A stretch of DNA of 64,000 bases from Diplonema japonicum (GCA_964019335.1 OZ025749.1:124001-188000); one strand, 5' to 3'. Positions 23,801 to 34,333 are shown, counted from the stretch's first letter. Numbers and translations are program-made. Notes: a model not told the origin generated them from the letters alone.

Positions 23801-26596
23801 ACCAACAAGGACTGCGACACGGAGGGGTCGTTCAGCGTCACGATTTTGCCGGTGAACGACCGCCCGGTACTAACTGTTCCGAACAAGGTGGTGCGGGTGT
23901 ACAGCGGGTCGGCGGGGGTACTGCGCGGGGTCATCGCGGCAGACCCTGGACCGAACGAAGACGACCAGGTGATGACATACACCACCAAATTGCTCGGAAG
24001 CGGGAGCTCGTTGTTCGTGCAGCCCCCGGAAATACTAGCGGACGGGTCTCTACAGTACGCCGCTGCACACAACGTCAACGGCACCGTGGAGGTCCAGATC
24101 GTGGGGACGGACAACGGCGGTGGCAACAACGACACGTCACTGCCCGTACAACTCACTATCATTGTGATACCGGTTAACGAGCCGCCCACCTTCTCGCTGA
24201 CGACGCGTGACGTGTACCTCCTCCTCAATAGCCTTGTGACAGAAACACCTGTCGCCCACGACATTGACGCCGACGGCGATGATTACCACTTCGAGCTGTC
24301 AGGCTACGACACGACACTGTTCAAGATGCCGTTGAGCATGTCGCTGGACGGGTTATTGAAATCAGAACCGCAGGCGGTGGGCGTTACATCGGTAACCCTT
24401 CGTGCGGTGGACCACGGCCGGCACTGTGACCCAACCAACAACACCTGCCGCGACGTCGGTGTCTCTCCTACGCAGGATTTCGTTATTCAGGTTGTCAACG
24501 TGTTGCCGCTTCGCTTCATCAAAGGGGACAATGTCAACATCAGCGAGGACGCAGGGAGATGGTCGCAACTTAAGTGGGCCACCGGTATCGCGTCGTCAGA
24601 CCCCCTTGCAAACCTATCCTTCACGGTCGACGAATACGACGCTAAGCTATTCACCGAAGGTATCCAGCTCACCCCCAAGGGCGAGCTGTCCTTCCAAACC
24701 GCTGAAAATGTCAACGGTGTGATCCCTTTCAGGGTGTGCCTCACCGACGGTGTTGCGCAAACATGTAAATCCGCAAGGGTAACCGTGGCACCCGTGAACG
24801 ACCCGCCGAGCTTCACGCTTCTCAAGAAGGAGATCATTGTGGCGCAGGACTCGCAAGCGAACCATGTGGAGTGGGTGTTGACGGAGCTACTCGCCGGGCC
24901 TCCCGACGAGTCTGGTCAGGATATCAGCGTGACTGCCGAGGTTTCCCCCGACTGCATGATCTTCAGCGAAGCACCAGTGTTTACAACGCAGAACGTCCTG
25001 AAGTTCGCGGTGAATCAGCAAGGGTCATGCCCTGTCATCGTTAAGGCAACCGACGAGCTAGGGCTTTCCCACGAATCAACACTGACGATCAAGGTGGACG
25101 CTGTTGCACAAAAACCCTCGTTCACCCCGGGGGGCGACGTCGTGGTCCGCGCAGGCGAGGAATACGTCACAAAATGGGCCACCGACATCACAGGAACAGA
25201 CCTAGAAGGCTTCACCGTAACGACAACAAACGCAGCCGGTCTGCTGGAAGAACCCCTGACGGTGTCTCCGGACGGGGTCCTACAGGTGAAACCGCTAAAC
25301 GCAGTGGAAGGAACGCTCACAGCCTACGTGGTACTAAGGTCAACAACAGGAACAAGCAACACCGTTGAGGTGAAGGTGACGATCATAGCGAAGGACAGCT
25401 ACGTCCCATTATACTGGGAGGTGATGCCGAGCATCGACACTCAAGAAGACGGAGGCAGCGTGATCATAAACAACTTCTGCAAAGTGGGCAACGTAACACC
25501 AGGATACTCCACAAAACTCGCAATCGCACCAACCACCTCCACAACGTTCAAAGCCCAGCCTGTCGTGACAGTGTCCGCATCAGAATGCACATTACACTTC
25601 GAACCCACAAAGGACTTCTACGGCGACATCCCACTGTCCCTTGAACTGACAGACACAAGATCCATCCTACAAGGCTCGACCGTTCTACGCGTCGCGCCTG
25701 TCAATGACGCTCCATCGTTCTCCGTTCCAGAGGAGAACCGTTTGCTGCACTTCACAACGGCGGCCTTCGACACGGTGGTACCGTTGTTCGTAAAGGACAT
25801 CTCACCAGGGCCTGTCAACGAACAAGGACAGTCAGTGACCATGTCAGCGGTACAGCTAGCCGACTTTCTCCCGAAGAATCCGAGTATCGACGCCGGCGGG
25901 AACCTCAGAATATCAATCCCGGCAAAGGTCGGGACTACGGTTCTCCACGTTAAAGCTGTGGACAATGGCGAGCCGCAGATGCAATCTGTTGCCACAGAAG
26001 TTGTTCACATTGCAGTGTCAACAGATACACTGGAGGTAAGGGTTGGGGTTGATGGGACGAGAACTCCTTTACAAATACGGGAAGATGTGGCGTTGTTGCT
26101 CAATGTGCCCGTGTCGCGTGTTGCGGTGCAGGATGTGAGCTCTTCTGGTGCTGTTGTCTCGTTTGTCGAGGCAAAGCAAGCGGGGCAACCATCCAGTAAA
26201 GTCCTACAAGCCACGTTGCTTGCAACACCTGGGTCGAAGCTTGCCACGGCGCACATTACATCTGTTCCGACATCTGTTGGTACCCCTCAGCCTTCTTCCA
26301 CCAAGCCCCCGTCATCAGAGAGCAGCGGTACTAATGGAGGGTCTTCTCTCTCGCCTCTTCTCATTGGCATTTTGATAGCCGGTGGTGTTCTTTTGTGCGC
26401 TGTGACCGCCGAACTTGTCAGAAGGCATTTGATCACCAAGGAGTCTCCAAAGGACAGCGAAGCCGTTCATGGAGACAGTAGTGCCTCACCTGATTTGTCA
26501 GTCAGCCAGAGCCCATCCAGCCTTACCAATCTTCAAACGACGGTCGAGTCGAACCCAATTGACAGCGTGTTTGTAAGGGAAGGACAACAGAATTAG
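20813..26596 (+). CDS. Giant type-I cell-surface protein (1927 aa) with many cadherin-like/bacterial Ig-like VNDPP repeats
   Basis: N-terminal signal-like MPMMLPILAGVLLRLSA; repeated [VI]NDPP...EDxxxxx...DDG modules; Ser/Pro/Thr linker; TM helix LLIGILIAGGVLLCAVTA; short cytoplasmic tail. Confidence 0.85.
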   Translation: MPMMLPILAGVLLRLSAVPTFTLSPSTITGNDKGTGGTTTVVVGCNANDVGQSCASAAVTVTGTSVSGVSVAMPAGAVTYTISGPGVTTVAVIITDNAGEVSAPRTLTFNIGSINDPPVVTMGGTMCARNAATPCGAAPTIKEDAGAQTVTGFFRFDTDDPLVTPLQSVASKTITCTPNAYSCTGDPSCGTALFTAPPSITGCTTAGTVQTCNLQYTVAPDEFTEGLSPGEVTCTVDVRDSGGTAACGGTPNCDTTEASFTVKVTPVNDPPDFAITPGYNIDIVEDCACAWPAWCSGAAPQQQATNIFSTPMSAGKYNEIVQPPGQVVTVKSVTVNDPSAFETLPAGSNLNANGQPTGNEIHVDDMGNVFFTPAKDRTGVFTVTVVVEDDGEVPCTTPCTNPRGPDNQPLQATSQTFTITIEEVNDPPFVELSTRVINVDEDCGPQDFNEFIMEITSGQGRYAPLPHLYPTPDERPQIVVLQDPTGPCPAGFMCASKLELIPPEAEALFKAVPVLDNTGPFTNLMRNTANLQFECAADRSTTHYNHVPCGMLPPNWAQNGVPNPTTPNYWTPPTTPTLPNSPTGSVRVRMNFQDNAGLSLGGCGQDASFIEFDIVIHEKNDPPSYTLRPMPTLTIFEDSYGVDPGNGLQCKPPTDTDRHPCGPEEPKELKIDNWLANFTTGNFFEDQFEKLTWLFTTDHGEYFYDGPKIDQYQCPFVDDMKSLRMTLEPHATGVATVYVDCVDSGILPIKCGEELFRIEILAINDPPDACPAMNSVTYNECDLTTGCVYEERWLRNINPGGGADERQQTVSAICNWGPKGTTAADRERELFEGQVALDIHTGDIKFTLKEYAQGTGWIDCTLRDDGGVGPTLTVNGTHCDLDEWSFRLGVTVNPINNPPTFDFGTATHGMDLVLEEDTPMQTILGFATKVSPSFDPQERTQSIAFTCVADDPSFFTTQPSISLSAGSTEGDLTLEPTPNVYGTTVVRCVLKDDGSCTNKDCDTEGSFSVTILPVNDRPVLTVPNKVVRVYSGSAGVLRGVIAADPGPNEDDQVMTYTTKLLGSGSSLFVQPPEILADGSLQYAAAHNVNGTVEVQIVGTDNGGGNNDTSLPVQLTIIVIPVNEPPTFSLTTRDVYLLLNSLVTETPVAHDIDADGDDYHFELSGYDTTLFKMPLSMSLDGLLKSEPQAVGVTSVTLRAVDHGRHCDPTNNTCRDVGVSPTQDFVIQVVNVLPLRFIKGDNVNISEDAGRWSQLKWATGIASSDPLANLSFTVDEYDAKLFTEGIQLTPKGELSFQTAENVNGVIPFRVCLTDGVAQTCKSARVTVAPVNDPPSFTLLKKEIIVAQDSQANHVEWVLTELLAGPPDESGQDISVTAEVSPDCMIFSEAPVFTTQNVLKFAVNQQGSCPVIVKATDELGLSHESTLTIKVDAVAQKPSFTPGGDVVVRAGEEYVTKWATDITGTDLEGFTVTTTNAAGLLEEPLTVSPDGVLQVKPLNAVEGTLTAYVVLRSTTGTSNTVEVKVTIIAKDSYVPLYWEVMPSIDTQEDGGSVIINNFCKVGNVTPGYSTKLAIAPTTSTTFKAQPVVTVSASECTLHFEPTKDFYGDIPLSLELTDTRSILQGSTVLRVAPVNDAPSFSVPEENRLLHFTTAAFDTVVPLFVKDISPGPVNEQGQSVTMSAVQLADFLPKNPSIDAGGNLRISIPAKVGTTVLHVKAVDNGEPQMQSVATEVVHIAVSTDTLEVRVGVDGTRTPLQIREDVALLLNVPVSRVAVQDVSSSGAVVSFVEAKQAGQPSSKVLQATLLATPGSKLATAHITSVPTSVGTPQPSSTKPPSSESSGTNGGSSLSPLLIGILIAGGVLLCAVTAELVRRHLITKESPKDSEAVHGDSSASPDLSVSQSPSSLTNLQTTVESNPIDSVFVREGQQN

Positions 26597-27197
26597 TTTT
26601 TTTTGGGGGGGGGTGGTGGTATTAAAAAAAATTTTAAGAATAGTATGAAGAAAATGATATCGAATCGAGGGAATACAAAAGAAATAGGGGGGGTTTTTTT
26701 TTCTCTTTTTTTTTTAATTCTTGGGATTTCGATAACTCAAGAAGGTCAGGGGATTTTTTTTTTTTTTTTTGAGTTTTGAGTCTCTCTCCCTCTAGGGAGG
26801 GGGAAAAAAAAAAAAAAAGAGAAAAAAAATGTTTTTTTTTTTGCCAACAAAAAAAAAAAAAAAACTGAGGTGAGTTGTGGACGAGAGTTGAATTATGGTC
26901 TCATGCGGTAAGTAAGTAGTTATCTTACAAAAACCCCCCCCACCCCATCCCACCCCCTTCTTCGTCGGAAAAGAAAAAGAAAAAAAAAAACCCACATTTA
27001 TTTTCTGGACCGGGTGTGGTGGGGGAGGAGAAAGTGGTGAATGTTGTTTTCACGCCCCCCCCCCCCCTTTCACTATTCATTTGTATCTGTTTTTTTTTCT
27101 TCTTTTTTTTTGATTTTTCCACCACTTCGTCCTTTCCTTTTTTTCTCCATCTGTTTCTGCAAACCATTTGTTTCATCTATCGGTCTTTTTTTAATTC

Positions 27198-27257
<60 letters not shown>

Positions 27258-27319
27258 AACAACAAAAAAAAATCGAAAGGGGAAGGGTGTATTAAAAAAA
27301 AAATTAAAAAAAAAAAGAA

Positions 27320-28177
27320 ATGTGCAACGAGATACAGTCCCCCAATGTTGCTGATGAGAAGATGGTGCTGGAATGCAGTCGCGAACCAGAGATGCTTCAG
27401 ACCTCGTTTAAAGGACAGTTTATAAAGAAAGTGAGCAAGATGGATTTGAGGGGGTTGGACACGAGGGATGTGATGATAGAATTAGGGTTGATCGCGCTCC
27501 CTCTGGCGGTAGGCGCGACGGGGGCATGGATGAACGCAAGGAGGTGGCAGCAAAAGAAATTTCTTGAGACGATGCATTACAGTTTGAACACGGTGTCGCG
27601 GTCGAAGAAATTCGCGTTTAGAACCTTGGGTGAAGAGACGATTTCAAAAGTACTGCCGACCGAGGGGGTCCGAAGGGTGCAAAAGGCCGCGGAACATGTT
27701 ACAAATGAAAATCCAATCATAAACCTGGACAAAGAAACCACTTGGCTCGTCAACAATGCCATTGCTAACCAGATATCTGCTGATTGCTCTCAAGCCTTTA
27801 TCGCTCGCGACCTTGGCTCCACGGATGTTATTTCCACATGGTACATAACAATGCTCACAGCAGAGCCAACCGGTATTGCAAATATGAAAAAAATCCGAGC
27901 AATGGTCATCAAAGAAGACCTTCTTAAAGCCCTCTCCGACCCCGAGAAAGCCAAGTCAATTTCCTTGGAAAACCCTGGCTACAAAATCCGTTGGGCGCTG
28001 ATGCAGAAGCTGGCGAACATGTACAACGAAGAGGTGATCGCAACCGGGAAGCAAAACGCGAAGTTCTTCAGGTTCGAACTCTGTTCCCTGGTGGGGAAGT
28101 GCGATTCTGCGGCGTACGACTGGCTCAAGGGACCGGAGAAACAACCCGAATTACTAGTTAGATATAAAGCAATTTAA
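27320..28177 (+). CDS. Conserved hypothetical protein with one N-proximal TM helix
   Basis: Clean 285-aa ORF after an A-run; TM LGLIALPLAVGATGAW; globular C-terminal part (FRTLGE, NPII, KIRAMVIKE, RW). Confidence 0.75.
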   Translation: MCNEIQSPNVADEKMVLECSREPEMLQTSFKGQFIKKVSKMDLRGLDTRDVMIELGLIALPLAVGATGAWMNARRWQQKKFLETMHYSLNTVSRSKKFAFRTLGEETISKVLPTEGVRRVQKAAEHVTNENPIINLDKETTWLVNNAIANQISADCSQAFIARDLGSTDVISTWYITMLTAEPTGIANMKKIRAMVIKEDLLKALSDPEKAKSISLENPGYKIRWALMQKLANMYNEEVIATGKQNAKFFRFELCSLVGKCDSAAYDWLKGPEKQPELLVRYKAI

Positions 28178-28347
28178 AAGGAGTTTTTTTTTTTTTTTTT
28201 TTTGCAGCTTCTCAAAACCGATATTTCTTTTTTTTTTTTTTTTTCTTCTCCCAGACACAACCCCGTGATCTTAAGAGACACGACCCTCTTTTTCTTTTTT
28301 TTTTTTTATTCGCCTGCGGCTCTCACGCGGAGTTTGCATGTGACATC

Positions 28348-28386
<39 letters not shown>

Positions 28387-28568
28387 CTTCGGTATATTTA
28401 TGGTACACTTGGAGCCGACTGTGATGTGTCACATCTTGACGTTTTTTTTAAAAAAAAAAAAAACTCGAATTTTTTTTTCTTTTCTTCGACTCCCCCCTCC
28501 CCCCCCCCTTCTTAAATTCCAAGGAGAAGGGAGGAGGGAGGGAAAAAAAAAAAAAAAGAGAAAAAAAA

Positions 28569-29594
28569 ATGATGGATCCATTCTCCATGGATCCGTATGG
28601 CTTGGACGCGTTCAGGGAATACCTGAGTAAGGATGATTTGAAGAGAATATGCGGTACGGATGATTTGGAAGGGGTCAAGGTGCTCGAGACGCAGATCGAC
28701 TCTGTCGGCAACAGCATAGAGGGTCTGGGGCACAAGCTGCCGAGCGTGACGGAGCTCCGGCTGACAGGAAGCTACGTTGAAAGCCTCAGAGACCTCGGAA
28801 CCAGTTTGAAAAAAGTGGACATTCTATGGCTCTCCCGATCTGGGATACGAAATCTCGGCGGGGCGACCGTCGGCTTCCCGTACCTCTCCGAACTTTACAT
28901 CTCATACAACAGCGTCAAAGACCTCTCCCCTCTAGGACAAATGAAGAACCTGCAAGTTCTGGACGCGGAACACAACCGAATTTCCGAAATTCAAAATGTA
29001 AGCTTTCTCTCCAACTGCACCTCTTTACACTCCTTAAACCTTGAGGGCAACCCTGTATCCGAATCTGCAGGATATCGCTCGGGGGTGTTCTCTTCGCTTC
29101 CTTTTCTGATTTTTCTCGACGATTCCGATCTGCAAGAAGAAATCCACACCGATGCATTCCAAGCTCCCGACGGTGTCGACGAGAAAATGCGGAAGATTGA
29201 GGAGTCGCTGCGGGTCCCCGCTGAAATGAGACAGCAGCCGTTTTCTGCGTACGTGGAGCAGCTCTTGGAGGATGAACGGAAGGCAGTAGAGGATTCTACC
29301 GAGCCGACCGAGGAAGAACGTCTTCTTGAAGAGCTTAATTCTGTTGTGAAACGTGTGAAGGATTCTCGATTTGTGGACCCCTGTAGTTTAGTTAACCTGT
29401 CGGATGATGAAGAAGAGTCTGTAGACCTCAGCGATGACTCCTACGCTGCGCCGGGAGGAACCTCAGCTGCCGAGCTCCGGGAAGCGTTCATCTCGATCCA
29501 GTCAGATGCATCTCACCTGACGCACCACACCCCTACCATCTTCTGCGGAAACGTGACGAAAATCCTTCGATCCCGGAAACGGCAAACGGGTTGA
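28569..29594 (+). CDS. LRRC56: Leucine-rich repeat protein LRRC56 (ODA8-like dynein assembly factor)
   Basis: LKRICGTDDLEGV...LPSVTELRLTGSYVESLRDLGTSLKKVDILWLSRSG, SDS22-type LRRs and LRR cap LEGNPV...YR...LPFLIFLD. Confidence 0.85.
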   Translation: MMDPFSMDPYGLDAFREYLSKDDLKRICGTDDLEGVKVLETQIDSVGNSIEGLGHKLPSVTELRLTGSYVESLRDLGTSLKKVDILWLSRSGIRNLGGATVGFPYLSELYISYNSVKDLSPLGQMKNLQVLDAEHNRISEIQNVSFLSNCTSLHSLNLEGNPVSESAGYRSGVFSSLPFLIFLDDSDLQEEIHTDAFQAPDGVDEKMRKIEESLRVPAEMRQQPFSAYVEQLLEDERKAVEDSTEPTEEERLLEELNSVVKRVKDSRFVDPCSLVNLSDDEEESVDLSDDSYAAPGGTSAAELREAFISIQSDASHLTHHTPTIFCGNVTKILRSRKRQTG

Positions 29595-29604
29595 GTTTTG
29601 GAGG

Positions 29605-29638
<34 letters not shown>

Positions 29639-29941
29639 ATCTTTGTGAGTATTTCCTTTTTTTTTTTTTTTTTAATAGTCCCCTTCCCCACCGCTTTGCT
29701 TGGAAAACAGTGAGGTTTCTGATGAAAAAAAAAAGGGGAAGGAGGAATATTCCCTTTTTTTTTTATTATTATTATTTGTTTTGTTTTCCCTTCTTTTTTT
29801 TTTTTTTTTAGACCTTTTTTTTTTTTTTCTTACCCCCACCTTTCTTTCTTTTTTTTTTTCTAAGGTTTTCCAAAAAAAAAAAAAAAAAAAAAAAACCGCG
29901 AACAAAAGAACAACAAAAAAAAAAAAAAAAAAAAAAAAAAA

Positions 29942-30688
29942 ATGTCCGGCAAAACGTTTGCGTTCATGTGCCTCAAGGAGCACCCATACGGGAGGGAGAT
30001 GCTGAAGCAGCTAATCGCGGCCGGGTTGAAACCTGTTATAGTAATTGAGGAGGATGGCGGCCCAAGGGCCGACGGGAGGGTATCCGTCGCAACGGAGGAA
30101 AGAGAAAAATTTTTGGAAAGGTGCAAAGGGCACACGATACAAGACACAATTGAGGCACAGACCAAGGAGCACGGCATAGAGAGGGTAGACGTTCCTCAGC
30201 ACAACAAGGAAGAGTGCATCGTACACATGAAAAGAACAAACCCTGACCTCTTGGTCCTCGGTGGTACAAGAATCATCAGAGACCCTGTCCTCTCCATGCC
30301 AAAAGACGGCTGCCTCAATGCCCACCCTGGCCTCCTTCCTGACTGCCGTGGGTCAGCCTCACCAGCTTGGTCCGTTTACCACGATATCCCTGTTGGTTCC
30401 ACCTGTCACTTCTGCACTTCTGGAATCGATGAGGGTGATATCGTCGGTAAGCGTGAAATCCCTGTTAAACGTAACCACACATACGAGGATTTGTGCTACT
30501 TCACAATGGTTCTTTCTGGGACGCTTATGACAGAAGCGGTGACTAAGTATTATGGGGGTGTTTTGGAGGATGCCAGGACCAAACAGGGTTCTTCCGACCA
30601 CCCGACCTTCAAGAATGCGCCCGATGAGGTTCTTGAGGTCGTCCACCAGAAGCTGAAGGACGGCAAGTACAAGCATTACTCCGAGTAG
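29942..30688 (+). CDS. Stand-alone formyltransferase (Formyl_trans_N; FMT/PurN-like fold)
   Basis: CLNAHPGLLPDCRGSASPAW and GSTCHFCTSGIDEGDIV match the NxHPxLLP and HxxxxGxDxG signatures; no FMT C-terminal domain. Confidence 0.85.
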   Translation: MSGKTFAFMCLKEHPYGREMLKQLIAAGLKPVIVIEEDGGPRADGRVSVATEEREKFLERCKGHTIQDTIEAQTKEHGIERVDVPQHNKEECIVHMKRTNPDLLVLGGTRIIRDPVLSMPKDGCLNAHPGLLPDCRGSASPAWSVYHDIPVGSTCHFCTSGIDEGDIVGKREIPVKRNHTYEDLCYFTMVLSGTLMTEAVTKYYGGVLEDARTKQGSSDHPTFKNAPDEVLEVVHQKLKDGKYKHYSE

Positions 30689-31011
30689 AAATGTTGAAAC
30701 GGGGAGGAGGGGGGAAAAAAAAAACGTATTTTGATCTACTGGGAAAAAAAAAAAAAAAAAAAAAAAACGAAATTGGGGGGGGGGGGGTGGATACTTACTC
30801 CCCCCCCCAAAATGGGGGGTTTTTTTTTCCATAGATATTTTTTTTTCAGTTCACCACACTCACTTCCCCCGCCCCCCCCCCCCCCCCACTTCCCCTTTTT
30901 TACGCTTTTTTTTTTTAACCCGTTCCCCGGTCCCTACAAACCGTGAATAGGGGGAGGGTGGGGGGGGAAAGTGGGGGAGGGGGGGAAAACCCCTCCCCCC
31001 CACAAAAAAAA

Positions 31012-32346
31012 ATGAGCGTCAGCATCACGGTGATGGTCCGGGTGGGCCACGAGGTTCACGACGTGGAAATGAACGCCGACGAAACCGTTCACGAGCTCTA
31101 CAGAAAATCCGCGGAGGCAGCAGGGGTAGAGGAAGGAACCTTCGCGTTGAAGTACGAGGGAAGGGAGCTGGACTGGGACAAAAGCAAAAAAATCGAGGAG
31201 ATCGGCATGGGAATAGACTGTGAAGTGTGGCTGCAAGAACTAAGAGAACTGCGATACGGCGCAGACGAACTCAAAGACCACCGCGAGGCCATCGAGAATA
31301 GAATCAAAGACAACCCAGAACTGTTACTAGTTGTGGATGCATCAGGTACATGGGACGACACCTTAGTCAACAGATGCGCCTTCCAACCTACAGGCGTACA
31401 GCACTTAAAACTAACTGACCCCGAACACACCGTTTCTTTCCTAGGCGGCTTCCTTCTGAGTTACTACAATTCCCTTGTATCTATCGATCTGTCAGAAATG
31501 TCTGATGTAACCGCTGTTGGTGACTCGTTTTTAATGGGGTGTTCTTCCCTTACTGAGCTCGACGTGAGCCCGCTTCGATATGTTGAGACTCTCGAACGAA
31601 ATTTTTGCTCTGGATGTACTTCTCTTACATCGGTTGATCTTTCGCCGTTGGGAAGCTTGGTGTCTATTGGGGATAACTTCTTCACAGAGTGCCGGGGATT
31701 GACCGAAATAGAACTCCCTGAATCGCCTGTAAGGACTCTAGGGAACGGGTTTTTAAAAGACTGTTCCAATTTATCGAGAATTGATATAACGCGGCTTGAA
31801 GAGTTGGAATTTATCGGGAACAACTTCCTCACGGGTGCGAGGTCGTTGACGCATGTTGGGTTGCCCGTGAATGGTGGGTTGGAATGTATTGGGACTCATT
31901 TTTTAAGTGGATGCGATGCGTTGGTTCAGATAGATCTGACAGGTTTGAGCGGTGTGGCCGCGGTGCGGAACAAATTTTTAGAGGGTTGCCGGTCGTTGGC
32001 TCGGGTCGATATTTCACCCATGCAGAGCGTATCTGATGTTGGGTGGGATTTTTTATCCGGGTGCTCATCGCTGACTGCTGTCGACCTCTCCCCCTTGCAT
32101 CGAATCGACACCATTGAGAATTCTTTCATGAAAGGCTGCCGGTCGCTCACTTCCATCGACCTCAGCCCCTTCAAGAATGTTACATCTATAGGAAATGATT
32201 TTCTGCGGGGGTGCCGGTCGCTTGGTTCCATCGATTTATCGCCGCTTCGAAAGGTCCGATTTGTCGGAAACGGATTTTTGGAGGACACACCGATCCCTCT
32301 GGAACAGAGGAGAATTGGACACCACGGTTGTTGCAACCTTGCGTGA
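31012..32346 (+). CDS. Ubiquitin-like domain + BspA-type LRR protein with C-terminal CaaX (paralog 1)
   Basis: N-terminus ITVMVRVGHEVHDVEM...LKYEGREL...IEEIGM; about 12 repeats of xIGxxFLxGCxSLTxxDLSPL; ends GCCNLA*. Confidence 0.85.
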   Translation: MSVSITVMVRVGHEVHDVEMNADETVHELYRKSAEAAGVEEGTFALKYEGRELDWDKSKKIEEIGMGIDCEVWLQELRELRYGADELKDHREAIENRIKDNPELLLVVDASGTWDDTLVNRCAFQPTGVQHLKLTDPEHTVSFLGGFLLSYYNSLVSIDLSEMSDVTAVGDSFLMGCSSLTELDVSPLRYVETLERNFCSGCTSLTSVDLSPLGSLVSIGDNFFTECRGLTEIELPESPVRTLGNGFLKDCSNLSRIDITRLEELEFIGNNFLTGARSLTHVGLPVNGGLECIGTHFLSGCDALVQIDLTGLSGVAAVRNKFLEGCRSLARVDISPMQSVSDVGWDFLSGCSSLTAVDLSPLHRIDTIENSFMKGCRSLTSIDLSPFKNVTSIGNDFLRGCRSLGSIDLSPLRKVRFVGNGFLEDTPIPLEQRRIGHHGCCNLA

Positions 32347-32351
32347 AGGGG

Positions 32352-32383
<32 letters not shown>

Positions 32384-32476
32384 CTGAGCGAGGAACAATT
32401 CTTCGTCAGATTTTTTTTCAGAGCGGGAAAAAAAAAGGTCAAGGGATAGCTTATACAATAACTGACCCCCTGTTCT

Positions 32477-32513
<37 letters not shown>

Positions 32514-33242
32514 TGGTCCTGCCCCAGAAGTGAATCTGGGGCGGAGAACAATGACAAGAGAAGAGGGAGATTTTTTCTTCTTCTTTTGGAGATGGGTCAG
32601 ATGCTGACACGCCTTGCTACCAATCACAGCTTAAATACCCTTTCTTCCACCCCCCCCCCCCCCCCCACCCCCTTTTTTTTCTGCTACGATACATCCCAAA
32701 TCAGTCTTTCTCCCCCTTCATAAAATTGCTCGAGCCAAAATCGATGTGGGGCAGGCTCTCTATAAGGGTTGACCCCTTAAATGTCTCTCCTTTTTTCCGT
32801 TCCGTGTTCCTTTTTTTTTTCTTCTTCTTTTTTTCTTTCCCAAACTATGTAACAATACCATCATTAAGGGGGAATGGGAGAAAAGGAGGGAATAATAAAA
32901 TTAAAAAAAAAAAAATAATAAAAAAAAAAAGAAACACACTATTTTTTTTTACCTACCACTATTTATCCCGCCCAACTTAACTTTGTTCAGATAAAAAATG
33001 CACTTTTTTTTTTGTTTTGTTTTTTTTCATCTTTCTAGAAAAAAAAAAAGAAAAAGGAAGAATAAGAAGGGAAAAAAAAGAAAAAAAAAAAAAACAATTG
33101 TTACTAAGAACTAGTACCAATAGTTTCCACGTCTACTGCATCATGCATTTTTTTTTTTATTTATTATTATTATTCCTTCCTCCATCTTTCCTCATTCAAA
33201 AACAATGAAGAGCGGGGAAAAAGAAAAAAAAAAGAAAAAAAA

Positions 33243-34235
33243 ATGAGCATCACGGTGTTCATCCGAACGCCTTCCGAGGTACACGACGTGGAAATATCTG
33301 GCGACGAATCGCTGCTGTCCTTGTACAATAAGGTCGCAGAGGCCGTTGGGATCGATACCGTGTCCTTCCTTTTGCATTTTGAAGGAAATCAGTTGGCGCT
33401 CACCGCAGAGATTCTGGTGCAAGACAGCGGCCTTGTTGAGGCCTCCGAGGTGACCTTGGAAAGCGTTAACTCGCTCCGGGTGAACCTCAGCGAGATAGCC
33501 GAACAACAAGGGGAAATAAAAGAGAGGATCTCGCTGGATCAAAACCTGCATCTGTTCGTGGACGTGGACGAAACCACGGAAGGCCTCGATTTTGAGTCAT
33601 GGGTGTCTGCATCGCGTCTGACAGTAGAGGACCCTTGGGGGAAAACTTCGTCGCTCGGAAACGGATTCATGGAATATTCATCTTTCCTCACCACATTGGA
33701 CTTGAACTTACCGGAAATCACGCAGATTGAGAATGAGTTTTGTAGTTATTCTCTCGCCCTGACGTCGGTCGATATAAGTAGATGCACGTCGGTGACCTGT
33801 ATCGGCGATTTTTTTCTCACAGGGTGTATGTCCCTCACCACAGTGGTGCTCCCAACAAGCGTAGAAAAAATAGGAATCTATTTTCTTGCAGGCTCCAGCT
33901 TGGCTTCCATCGACCTCTCGCCCTTGCAGAACCTGCACGACATCGGCGACAATTTCATGAACTTTACACAAATTCAAACAATCGACCTCTCGCCCTTAAA
34001 AAACGTGAAATCCATTGGGTCCAACTTCCTTTCCGAAACACGGGTAACGTTGGTTGATACAACGCCGTTGTGTAGCTTGCAACGGGTCGGGTCGAGGTTC
34101 CTGTCCGGTTGCAGCGAGCTGACGAAAGTTGATTTGCAAGCTCTGCAGAAGAAGAATGTCTCGATCGGGCAGAAGCTTTTGGAGGATTCCGGTATCTCTG
34201 CCCAGATGAAAAAAAAACAGTGTTTGCTTGCTTGA
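33243..34235 (+). CDS. Ubiquitin-like domain + BspA-type LRR protein with polybasic CaaX (paralog 2)
   Basis: MSITVFIRTPSEVHDVE...LHFEGNQL...VQDSGL; IGxxFL repeats; ends KKKQCLLA*. Confidence 0.85.
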   Translation: MSITVFIRTPSEVHDVEISGDESLLSLYNKVAEAVGIDTVSFLLHFEGNQLALTAEILVQDSGLVEASEVTLESVNSLRVNLSEIAEQQGEIKERISLDQNLHLFVDVDETTEGLDFESWVSASRLTVEDPWGKTSSLGNGFMEYSSFLTTLDLNLPEITQIENEFCSYSLALTSVDISRCTSVTCIGDFFLTGCMSLTTVVLPTSVEKIGIYFLAGSSLASIDLSPLQNLHDIGDNFMNFTQIQTIDLSPLKNVKSIGSNFLSETRVTLVDTTPLCSLQRVGSRFLSGCSELTKVDLQALQKKNVSIGQKLLEDSGISAQMKKKQCLLA

Positions 34236-34333
34236 CTTTTTTTTTTTTTTTTTTTTTTCCCTTTCCTTCCCCCAACACACACACACACACACACACATAA
34301 GGGTTTTTTTTATAAACCCCAAAGTTTCTCCAC

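Noticed and set aside
34275-34298. (CA)n microsatellite, also (AAC)n near 17000 and (TCT)n near 18915
   Set aside because: Ordinary simple repeats with no sign of special function.
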